64,000 nt of DNA from Escherichia phage p000v. The notes beneath the pieces were generated by a model, which was not told where the DNA came from, did not search any database, and saw only the letters and a program-made list of their open reading frames with translations. The DNA lies in sequence record NC_055781.1; one strand, 5' to 3'. Both the position numbers and the translations under genes were made by a program. This document shows positions 37,340 to 44,857 of the stretch, in pieces. The stretch's first letter is position 1, and the number at the start of each line of letters is the position of its first letter.

Positions 37340-37369
37340 GTTTACAACCAAGGATGGTTGGAGTATAAT
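37340..37369 (+). promoter_or_regulatory. early promoter (GTTTAC -18- TATAAT), duplicated at 37898
   Basis: GTTTACAACCAAGGATGGTTGGAGTATAAT. Confidence 0.5.
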
Positions 37370-37400
37370 CTTTCTATCTTAACCAAACAGGAAAAACATT

Positions 37401-37895
37401 ATGAATATCAATACTATGGCTACTTACATCCTGAAAGACGAAAAACAAATCAACTGGTACGGTGCTTCAGTGCGAGCTTATGAAAAGTTTTGTGAAATTT
37501 TAGGTGCCACTCAAGGTAATAGTTTCACTATTGTTAACTTCATCAAACAAGTTGAAGGCCCTTGGTTATTCTTAGAAATTAAAAATTCATATGGTACAAT
37601 TTCTACTACCGCCCTTCCAAGCACCGACTTTGAACTGTTGATTGAAGAAGCACCTGTTAAAGATGGTCTCCACTTTGATATGGATATCGCTTGTATGTAC
37701 GGTACTCTGATTAAGCCTATTGAGCCTACTGATTTGTTGTGTAAATATGTTTCAATTCGACGCCCATTCGTTGGTCCAGTAAATGGATGGGTAACTGACC
37801 AATGGATTGAAGACGGTGTTGAACTTCTGAACGTTGTTCATGCAGGTGATTTTAGTGTAGTTCCACGTAGTGCTGTGGTTAATATCCTTAATTAA
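37401..37895 (+). CDS. paralog family member A (hypothetical)
   Basis: 164 aa; C-terminal GWVTDQWIEDGVELLNVVHAGDFSVV shared with the two following genes. Confidence 0.5.
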   Translation: MNINTMATYILKDEKQINWYGASVRAYEKFCEILGATQGNSFTIVNFIKQVEGPWLFLEIKNSYGTISTTALPSTDFELLIEEAPVKDGLHFDMDIACMYGTLIKPIEPTDLLCKYVSIRRPFVGPVNGWVTDQWIEDGVELLNVVHAGDFSVVPRSAVVNILN

Positions 37896-37897
37896 TG

Positions 37898-37927
37898 TTG
37901 TACATCCAAGGATGGATGGAGTATAGC
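37898..37927 (+). promoter_or_regulatory. early promoter (TTGTAC -18- TATAGC), near-copy of the one at 37340
   Basis: TTGTACATCCAAGGATGGATGGAGTATAGC; 25 of 30 nt identical to the upstream copy. Confidence 0.45.
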
Positions 37928-37957
37928 GAATTCAATTTAAACAAAGAGAGAGAAATT

Positions 37958-38413
37958 ATGATTACTATTGGTGAAATTAAGCGTGTATCGTCTGCATCTC
38001 GTTCTAAAGCTGCAGGTCGTCTAGTTGAAGTTGTCGGACTTCGTACTAATGGTACTGGTCGTGTTAAAGAAGTTAAAGTTCGAATCATTCCTAGTTCTGG
38101 AAAAAGTGAAACTCAGTACGCTTACGTAAGTCCTAAATTCTTGGAAACTCATGTGAGCGCTCATTTTGCTTCTACTGAACCTAATGTACAGTTCAAATGG
38201 GCCCTTTGCAAAGGCGTTGAATTCCAGACTGATAAAGAATTTGATTTCATCGACGAATATGGTTATCCAAGCAAAACTGATATCATGTGTGGCTTCATTA
38301 GTGACCAATGGGTTGAAGATGGTGAAAAGTTATACAATATCGTATTCTTAGGTGACTTCCGAGTTGTTAAAGAATCTGAAATCACTCGCTATGTATCTCC
38401 TCGTAAAGCTTAA
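37958..38413 (+). CDS. paralog family member B (hypothetical)
   Basis: 151 aa from ATG at 37958; ASRSKAAGRLVEV and GFISDQWVEDGEKLYNIVFLGDFRVV shared with member C. Confidence 0.5.
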   Translation: MITIGEIKRVSSASRSKAAGRLVEVVGLRTNGTGRVKEVKVRIIPSSGKSETQYAYVSPKFLETHVSAHFASTEPNVQFKWALCKGVEFQTDKEFDFIDEYGYPSKTDIMCGFISDQWVEDGEKLYNIVFLGDFRVVKESEITRYVSPRKA

Positions 38414-38422
38414 GGAATTATT

Positions 38423-38842
38423 ATGAATATTGCAAATCTCTCTATTGGTGATTATGTACACGTATCAGATGCTTCTCGCTCTAAAGTTGCTGGGAAGTTG
38501 GTTGAAGTTCTTTATGTAAGTGATCCGGTTTTTGGACGTAACGAAGTTAAAGTTCGTGACGCCGATGGCAACATTGGTTACGTTAAAAGCCAATTCATTG
38601 AACCAGAAGAAAAAGCGTTCAAATGGGGACTATGCAGATCAGTTTCTGTTGAAAAAGACCATGAATTCACTATTGCTGCGGCAACTGATGGGACACCGTG
38701 GAAAACTAAGCAAATCGCTGGATTTATTAGCGACCGTTGGGTAGAAGATGGTGTTAAGCTTTATAACATCGTTTTCGCTGGACAGTTCATGGTAGTTCCT
38801 GAATTCCAAATTAAAAAATATAGCCCAGCTGCTTTCGCATAA
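38423..38842 (+). CDS. paralog family member C (hypothetical)
   Basis: 139 aa; ASRSKVAGKLVEV and GFISDRWVEDGVKLYNIVFAGQFMVV. Confidence 0.5.
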   Translation: MNIANLSIGDYVHVSDASRSKVAGKLVEVLYVSDPVFGRNEVKVRDADGNIGYVKSQFIEPEEKAFKWGLCRSVSVEKDHEFTIAAATDGTPWKTKQIAGFISDRWVEDGVKLYNIVFAGQFMVVPEFQIKKYSPAAFA

Positions 38843-38846
38843 AGTT

Positions 38847-38875
38847 GTTTACTTCTCCTCTGGTTTTGATATTAT
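38847..38875 (+). promoter_or_regulatory. early promoter (GTTTAC -17- TATTAT)
   Basis: upstream of ORF 38902. Confidence 0.45.
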
Positions 38876-38901
38876 AACCATATCAACCAGAGGAGAATAA
38901 T

Positions 38902-39426
38902 ATGTTAGTTTACCGCGTAGAACGTAGTTTTTGTACTCAACGTGAATCATTACCAGGAGTTGCTATCGAAGACGGTAAAGCCGTCAGAATTTGGGAAACC
39001 TCCTGGAATAAAGAACCTCGTTCGCCATACGGTTGGTCGGGCACCGACAACTCTGAAGAAACATGGGAGTTCCTTGATAAGCATGGAATACTCTCAGGTA
39101 ACTTCTACCATCACGGCGACAACTATAATGTACCTAATCGTCCTACAGTAAATGAAGACAAACTCCTTGAACAAAATATCTTAAGATACTATAGAATTGA
39201 GCACACATTTGAATTGAACGAAGATTGGGCTCAAGGGTTCTATTTTGGATTTGAAAGCGTTGACGCGGTTTATGCATGGTTTGATGACCAGGTGGATGTT
39301 GAACTCTTGAAAGCTAAAGGATACTACATCGCGGTCTATGAAGCACCTGATTTCATCCTCGGAAGTTGTCAATTAATGTTTAGACGTTCATTGGCAGAAC
39401 AAGTTGATTTTATTTTGCTAAAATGA
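38902..39426 (+). CDS. hypothetical protein
   Basis: 174-aa ORF with GAGGAGAATAAT RBS. Confidence 0.45.
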   Translation: MLVYRVERSFCTQRESLPGVAIEDGKAVRIWETSWNKEPRSPYGWSGTDNSEETWEFLDKHGILSGNFYHHGDNYNVPNRPTVNEDKLLEQNILRYYRIEHTFELNEDWAQGFYFGFESVDAVYAWFDDQVDVELLKAKGYYIAVYEAPDFILGSCQLMFRRSLAEQVDFILLK

Positions 39427-39460
39427 TGTACAACAACTATGGTCTATGATACTATAGACC
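39425..39460 (+). promoter_or_regulatory. early promoter with -10 in hairpin (GGTCTAT-gatact-ATAGACC)
   Basis: TACTAT -10 overlapping a 7-bp inverted repeat. Confidence 0.4.
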
Positions 39461-39483
39461 TATCAAAACAAGAGGAGAATATT

Positions 39484-39711
39484 ATGAAACGACAAATCAT
39501 TAAAAACGTAACTACTGATTCAAACATCGATGAGTTTGAAGATGTTCTGTTTAATCCTGATTTAGTTGTTGTACAGAAAAACTGGACCGGATTTTTATGC
39601 TACACCGAAGTGGTTTACGTTTACGAAAAACTCGGTGATGAAATGCCTATCTACGGTATCTTCCGTGAAATCACTGAAAACGGTACAACTTATTGGAAGG
39701 AAACTTACTAA
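39484..39711 (+). CDS. hypothetical protein
   Basis: 75 aa from ATG with GAGGAGAATATT RBS. Confidence 0.4.
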   Translation: MKRQIIKNVTTDSNIDEFEDVLFNPDLVVVQKNWTGFLCYTEVVYVYEKLGDEMPIYGIFREITENGTTYWKETY

Positions 39712-40121
39712 TGGCTAATAAATTCCGCGTTAACTCATGGTACCAATTTAAAGATAAACGTGCCCAAGAAGAGTTTATTAAAGACCATACTGATAACGGG
39801 ATTTATGCACGACGTCTTGGCATGGAACCATTTAAAGTATTAGATGTTGACCATCTTGGTCGTCCTACTAAAATTGTGACATCTACTGGCATGGTTGGAT
39901 ACGCGACAGGTGGTGATATCCTTGATGAAAACTTTATCTGGCTCTCCACGAATGAAGCAGAGTTCTTTGACGAAGTTGGAAATCCATATCAAGCGTCTGA
40001 AGAGCAAGACTCTGGAGAACTTGATGAATTGTCTGAATTTCCGGTGATGACGATTACTATCAAAAATAACGACCAGGCATGGTCTTTGTATCAAATGTTG
40101 AAAGCACATTTTAAGGAATAA
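39711..40121 (+). CDS. hypothetical protein
   Basis: 136 aa from ATG overlapping upstream stop (TAATG); ORF-track start 39693 is an upstream TTG. Confidence 0.45.
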   Translation: MANKFRVNSWYQFKDKRAQEEFIKDHTDNGIYARRLGMEPFKVLDVDHLGRPTKIVTSTGMVGYATGGDILDENFIWLSTNEAEFFDEVGNPYQASEEQDSGELDELSEFPVMTITIKNNDQAWSLYQMLKAHFKE

Positions 40122-40123
40122 TA

Positions 40124-40303
40124 ATGCCGTTATACGACTATAAATGCCAATCTGAAGATTGTGGTCATGAATATGAAAAAATTAAAAGGATTTCTGAACG
40201 AGAAAACGATGTTTGCCCTGAATGTCATCGTCTGTCTACTCGTCGGGTTTCTGCTCCTAAACATGTGAACGGTGGTTTTTACGACTTACTTAAAAAGGGT
40301 TAA
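40124..40303 (+). CDS. zinc-ribbon protein (FmdB-like, 59 aa; below ORF-track cutoff)
   Basis: MPLYDYKCQSEDCGHEYE...CPECHRLSTRR: CxxC-x17-CxxC; starts 3 nt after upstream stop. Confidence 0.5.
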   Translation: MPLYDYKCQSEDCGHEYEKIKRISERENDVCPECHRLSTRRVSAPKHVNGGFYDLLKKG

Positions 40304-40305
40304 TT

Positions 40306-40728
40306 ATGGCTTTTAAAGGTTTTGAAGTTGGTAAGAAATATCGTATTATCAAAGGTCAAGAAGATAATTTCTTGAGAATTCTTAATACGACTGGTAAACG
40401 TCTTAACACTACTCTGCATACAGTTTTATTATCAAGAGATTTTATTGTAGAAGAGATGATTGGCTACGGTGTTTCAATGATTGCCGCTGAAACCGATGGA
40501 CCTGGACGTACAATCATTAGTATGCAAGGTGATATTCTAATTTACGGTGCAGAATTTAAATTCTTTGAAGAAGTTCAGGAACCAGATACAGCTGTCGATT
40601 TCAAAAAAGGCTCTATAGAATTTGTTGATGGTTCGGTGATCGTATCAGGCGATGTGGTCATTACAGTTAAAAGTGAACAAGGGCGTTTGGCTGCAATTGA
40701 TGCACTTCAGAAAATTAAATTTAAATAA
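40306..40728 (+). CDS. hypothetical protein
   Basis: 140-aa ORF; followed by a terminator. Confidence 0.45.
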   Translation: MAFKGFEVGKKYRIIKGQEDNFLRILNTTGKRLNTTLHTVLLSRDFIVEEMIGYGVSMIAAETDGPGRTIISMQGDILIYGAEFKFFEEVQEPDTAVDFKKGSIEFVDGSVIVSGDVVITVKSEQGRLAAIDALQKIKFK

Positions 40729-40746
40729 GGGCTTCGGCCCTTTTTG
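40728..40746 (+). terminator. intrinsic terminator (AGGGC-ttcg-GCCCT then TTTTT)
   Basis: UUCG hairpin and T-run upstream of gene 39. Confidence 0.6.
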
Positions 40747-40791
40747 CTTTAGATTTCGGATGATAGAATACCTTCATAACGAGGAGACAAC

Positions 40792-42612
40792 ATGATTAAA
40801 AATGAAATTAAGGTATTGTCGGATGTAGAACATATTAAGAAACGTAGTGGCATGTATATTGGTTCTTCTGCTAAAGAAGCCCACGAGCGTTTTTTGTTTG
40901 GTAAATATCAACAAGTTGAATATGTTCCTGGTCTGGTTAAATTAATCGATGAGATTATTGACAACTCGGTTGATGAAGCTATTCGTACATCATTTAAGTT
41001 TGCAAATAAAATTGATGTGCAAATTAAAAATAATCAAGTTTCGGTGGAAGATAACGGACGTGGTATTCCTCAAGGTTTAGTTACCGACCAAACAGGTGAA
41101 CAAATTCCTGGGCCTGTAGCAGCCTGGACTATTCCAAAGGCCGGTGGTAACTTTGGTGATGACTCTGAACGTAAGACTGGTGGTATGAACGGCGTCGGGA
41201 GTAGTTTAACTAATATCTTCTCTACGTTGTTTACAGGCATCACGTCAGATGGCGAAAATGAAATCACTGTTAACTGTTCAAACGGAATGGAAAACAAATC
41301 ATGGTCTTCTAAGAAATCTAAAGGTAAAGGCACTAAAGTAATCTTCACTCCTGATTTCACTTCATTTGAAGAGCATAATTTATCTCAAATTTATTTAGAT
41401 ATTACTTTAGACCGACTTCAAACATTGGCAGTCGTTTATCCTGATATCAAGTTCACATTTAATGGTAAAAAGGTCGATGGTAATTTTAAACGATTTGCTA
41501 AACAATTTGGTGAAGATAACATCATTCAAGAAAATGATAAAGTCTCTATAGCATTCACAACATCACCAGATGGCTTCCGTCATTTAACTTATGTGAATAA
41601 CATCCATACTAAAAATGGTGGACATCATGTTGAATGTGTAATGGACGATATCTGCGAACATCTTTTGCCGGGTATTAAAAAGAAATATAAGGGTATTGAA
41701 GTCACTAAAGCTCGTGTTAAAGAATGTCTCACAATGTTGATGTTTATTAGAGACATGAGCAACATGCGTTTTGATTCTCAGACTAAAGAACGTTTAACGT
41801 CAACGTACGGTGATATTCGTAATCATATCCAATTAGATGCTAAGAAAATTGCTCAGGCACTTCTTAAAAATGAAGCCTTGATTATGCCTATTGTTGAAGC
41901 AGCATTAGCTCGTAAATTGGCGGCAGAAAAGGCTGCAGAAACTAAAGCAGCTAAAAAGGCAACTAAAGCTAAGGTTCATAAGCATATTAAAGCTAACCAA
42001 TGTGGTAAAGATGCAGATACGACATTGTTTTTAACAGAAGGTGATTCGGCAATTGGATATCTCATTGATGTTCGTGACCGTGAACTACATGGTGGATTCC
42101 CATTACGTGGTAAGGTGATGAATAGCTGGGGTATGTCATATGCTGATATGATGAAGAACAAAGAGCTCTTTGATATCTGTGCTATCACGGGTCTTATTCT
42201 TGGTGAAAAAGCAGAGAATACGAACTATCGTAATATTGCAATTATGACCGATGCCGATCATGACGGCCTTGGAAGTATTTATCCTGCTTTGCTTGCTTTC
42301 TTTAGTAATTGGCCTGAATTGTTTGAACAAGGACGTATTCGCTTTGTTAAAACACCTGTAATTATTGCACAAATTGGCAAAACTCAAAAATGGTTTTATA
42401 CTGTAGCTGAGTATGAAGAAGTTAAAGATACACTGCCTAAGCATAGTATTCGATACATCAAGGGATTGGGCTCACTTCAGCGGGATGAATATAAAGAAAT
42501 GATTCAAAACCCTGTGTACGACGTAGTTAAACTTCCTGAAAATTGGAAAGAACTATTTGAAATGCTCATGGGTAACGACCCTGAACTCCGTAAAGATTGG
42601 ATGCTAGGATAA
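40792..42612 (+). CDS. 39: DNA topoisomerase II large subunit gp39 (GyrB-like), uninterrupted
   Basis: 606 aa; GHKL ATPase region (IDEIIDNSVDEA) and TOPRIM (LFLTEGDSA, IMTDADHDG); no split into 39 and 60. Confidence 0.9.
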   Translation: MIKNEIKVLSDVEHIKKRSGMYIGSSAKEAHERFLFGKYQQVEYVPGLVKLIDEIIDNSVDEAIRTSFKFANKIDVQIKNNQVSVEDNGRGIPQGLVTDQTGEQIPGPVAAWTIPKAGGNFGDDSERKTGGMNGVGSSLTNIFSTLFTGITSDGENEITVNCSNGMENKSWSSKKSKGKGTKVIFTPDFTSFEEHNLSQIYLDITLDRLQTLAVVYPDIKFTFNGKKVDGNFKRFAKQFGEDNIIQENDKVSIAFTTSPDGFRHLTYVNNIHTKNGGHHVECVMDDICEHLLPGIKKKYKGIEVTKARVKECLTMLMFIRDMSNMRFDSQTKERLTSTYGDIRNHIQLDAKKIAQALLKNEALIMPIVEAALARKLAAEKAAETKAAKKATKAKVHKHIKANQCGKDADTTLFLTEGDSAIGYLIDVRDRELHGGFPLRGKVMNSWGMSYADMMKNKELFDICAITGLILGEKAENTNYRNIAIMTDADHDGLGSIYPALLAFFSNWPELFEQGRIRFVKTPVIIAQIGKTQKWFYTVAEYEEVKDTLPKHSIRYIKGLGSLQRDEYKEMIQNPVYDVVKLPENWKELFEMLMGNDPELRKDWMLG

Positions 42613-43409
42613 TGAATTATCGTAAAATTTATGATAAACTTATCGCTGCGGCTAAAAACCGCAGCACTATTCCTAATTATACTGAAACTCACCATATTTT
42701 GCCTAAATCTATGGGTGGGAGTAATGCTAAATCAAATCTAGTTAAAATGACCCCTAGAGAGCATTTTATCGCCCATTTATTGCTTTATAAAATTCATAAG
42801 AACCGTTCTATGCTTATGGCTATTAGAGCTTTTTACATGGGAGCTAGAAATTCTAGAGATTATGATTGGCTTAAACAAGAATTCTCTAAAGAGCACTCTA
42901 GATTTATGAAAGAATGGATTGCTAAAAATGGCAACCCATTTAAAGGTAAAAAACATACTAAAGCAACAAGAGAATTAATGTCACATATTGCTTCACAACG
43001 TATAGGCGAATTAAATCCGTTTTATGGTAAAACTCATACGCAAGAAGCAATAGATAAAATAATACAGGCCAACAAGTTATCTTGGGAGAATGGGCGAAAA
43101 GCACCTGTAAAAACAAAAGAACACCAGGATAAAATAACTAAATCAAGAATGGAAACATTTAAAACAAAAGGATTTAAACCATACACTCCTAGGTCGGAAG
43201 AAACTAAAGCTAAGACTAGAGAGTTGTATAAATCTAAATATGAAAGAAGGCCTATAAGAATCACAAGTGTAAAAACAGGTGAAACTATTGATTTTAACTA
43301 TCTTTATGAATTAAGGGAGTATTTAGGTATAGGGTCTTCTAATATATTGAAAGCATTAAATAATCCTAACAGAACCTGCAAAGGTTATAAAATGTGTTGG
43401 ATGTCCTAA
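42612..43409 (+). CDS. HNH homing endonuclease with NUMOD3 repeats (freestanding mobile gene)
   Basis: HNH motif ETHHILPKSMGGSNAKSNLVKMTPREH; repeats NPFKGKKHTKATRE and NPFYGKTHTQEAIDKI; ATG overlaps gene 39 stop. Confidence 0.8.
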   Translation: MNYRKIYDKLIAAAKNRSTIPNYTETHHILPKSMGGSNAKSNLVKMTPREHFIAHLLLYKIHKNRSMLMAIRAFYMGARNSRDYDWLKQEFSKEHSRFMKEWIAKNGNPFKGKKHTKATRELMSHIASQRIGELNPFYGKTHTQEAIDKIIQANKLSWENGRKAPVKTKEHQDKITKSRMETFKTKGFKPYTPRSEETKAKTRELYKSKYERRPIRITSVKTGETIDFNYLYELREYLGIGSSNILKALNNPNRTCKGYKMCWMS

Positions 43410-43430
43410 GCTCCTTCGGGAGCTTCATTT
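43408..43430 (+). terminator. intrinsic terminator (AAGCTCC-ttcg-GGAGCTT then T-rich)
   Basis: UUCG hairpin right after the HNH gene. Confidence 0.5.
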
Positions 43431-43451
43431 TAATTTTAATAAGGCTTAATT

Positions 43452-44552
43452 ATGAAAGTTATGTTTATCCCATCTCGCGCAGTCCCATTTAACCCAGAAC
43501 GTGTACAAGGTGGTCTTGAAGCAGTACATTTAAATGTATTGAAATATCTTGTGTCCATCGGTGCTGATATTGATTATATCGGCTTTGATAATGACACGTT
43601 TGGTGACTGGAAGGTTAATCATCATCCTGTTGGTCATCTGACTAAATTCAGTCTAGGTATGAGTTATACTATGGCTCGTAAGATTGTTGAACTAGCCGGC
43701 ATCCATGAATACGATTTTGTTGTTACTATGGAACCGACTAAACTAACCGTTCAGGCAATTAAAGACGCAGGTCTCTCTAAAGTTCATAAGAATTTTATGG
43801 CAACACCATTTGAACCGGTATCTCGTGGCATTGTTCAAATTTGGGACCAGACTATTCAAATTCATAAGAATGGTGGTAAGAGTTATGCTCCTACTAAAGC
43901 CTTCCGTGAATTTGAACGCAAATATTGTTATATGACTTCAGGTCTGACTGACAAAATTGATTATGATTATTGGCGAGCAAATCCGTTGTTTGAAGCCGAA
44001 GATTATCCGGTTATTTGTTTGACTGAAAAGCCAGAAGTTCTTCCGGCGACGGATCTGATTATTAGTGCACAACGTTATGACACTAAAATGCGTCGTACTG
44101 ATGTTGCTCTTGAAGCGATTAAAGCACTAGGCGAAAATGGTGCAGGATACTGTCCTAGTAAATGGGCACCACCAGCTAAATATCCTGTTATTATTGATGC
44201 TCCACACAGCGAAATCATGGAACGTCTTAAAACAGCTAAAGCACTTATCAATACGTGTCCTGACACGGGTACGGTAGAGAATAGTTCTATTGAAGCCATC
44301 TCTAAAGGTGTCCCTGTGATTCAGTTAGTTTTTAAGGATTATCCGCACGCGACATTCGAATATGACCCAGATACTGTGCGTGTAGAAATTGATTCCTCTA
44401 CTCCTAAGAAAGAAGTAGTTGCGCTTTACACAAAAGCTGTATTAGAATTCACTGACACATACGAAGCTCGAGTTAAACGTGCTGAAGCAGTATGGAAGAA
44501 GTATAACCGAGATGCAGTTGTTGCGATGTGGGATAAAATCTTCACAGCGTAA
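43452..44552 (+). CDS. GT-B fold glycosyltransferase (GT4-like), candidate DNA hydroxymethylcytosine arabinosyltransferase
   Basis: 366 aa; N-terminal MKVMFIPS...GGLEAVHLNVLKYL and C-terminal TGTVENSSIEAISKGVPVIQ resemble the GT4 E-x7-E/PVI motif. Confidence 0.65.
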   Translation: MKVMFIPSRAVPFNPERVQGGLEAVHLNVLKYLVSIGADIDYIGFDNDTFGDWKVNHHPVGHLTKFSLGMSYTMARKIVELAGIHEYDFVVTMEPTKLTVQAIKDAGLSKVHKNFMATPFEPVSRGIVQIWDQTIQIHKNGGKSYAPTKAFREFERKYCYMTSGLTDKIDYDYWRANPLFEAEDYPVICLTEKPEVLPATDLIISAQRYDTKMRRTDVALEAIKALGENGAGYCPSKWAPPAKYPVIIDAPHSEIMERLKTAKALINTCPDTGTVENSSIEAISKGVPVIQLVFKDYPHATFEYDPDTVRVEIDSSTPKKEVVALYTKAVLEFTDTYEARVKRAEAVWKKYNRDAVVAMWDKIFTA

Positions 44553-44568
44553 ATCCTGAATCGCCTGA

Positions 44569-44619
44569 GGCACTATTACACATAAGATGATAGATTATAT
44601 GGTCTTTAGTAATAGTGCC
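44569..44619 (+). repeat. 11-bp perfect inverted repeat GGCACTATTAC / GTAATAGTGCC with 29-nt AT-rich loop
   Basis: read directly; lies between the glycosyltransferase gene and the small ORF before rIIA. Confidence 0.6.
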
Positions 44620-44644
44620 CTAGGAATCTACTGAAGAGAATATT

Positions 44645-44845
44645 ATGAGAACATATAACGTGGACTTGGAACTTTTTGATAAAGCAGTGCTCCGGGAATT
44701 CCGGCTTATCCAAAGATTTTTTGATATCGAATCAGCAGAGTCCTTTAAAGAACGCTTTAAAGAAATTCGATATAAAATACAAACCGATACAGCTACTAAA
44801 GAAGAACTTCTTGAAGTAGCAGAAATTTTTAAACGTAACTTGTGA
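44645..44845 (+). CDS. hypothetical protein (rIIA.1 position)
   Basis: 66-aa ORF with GAAGAGAATATT RBS. Confidence 0.4.
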   Translation: MRTYNVDLELFDKAVLREFRLIQRFFDIESAESFKERFKEIRYKIQTDTATKEELLEVAEIFKRNL

Positions 44846-44857
44846 TGAGAGAAAAAT

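Noticed and set aside
40792-42612. Gene 60-type translational bypass or split topoisomerase gene
   Set aside because: Gene 39 is one uninterrupted 606-aa ORF; there is no separate gene 60 ORF and no hop element.
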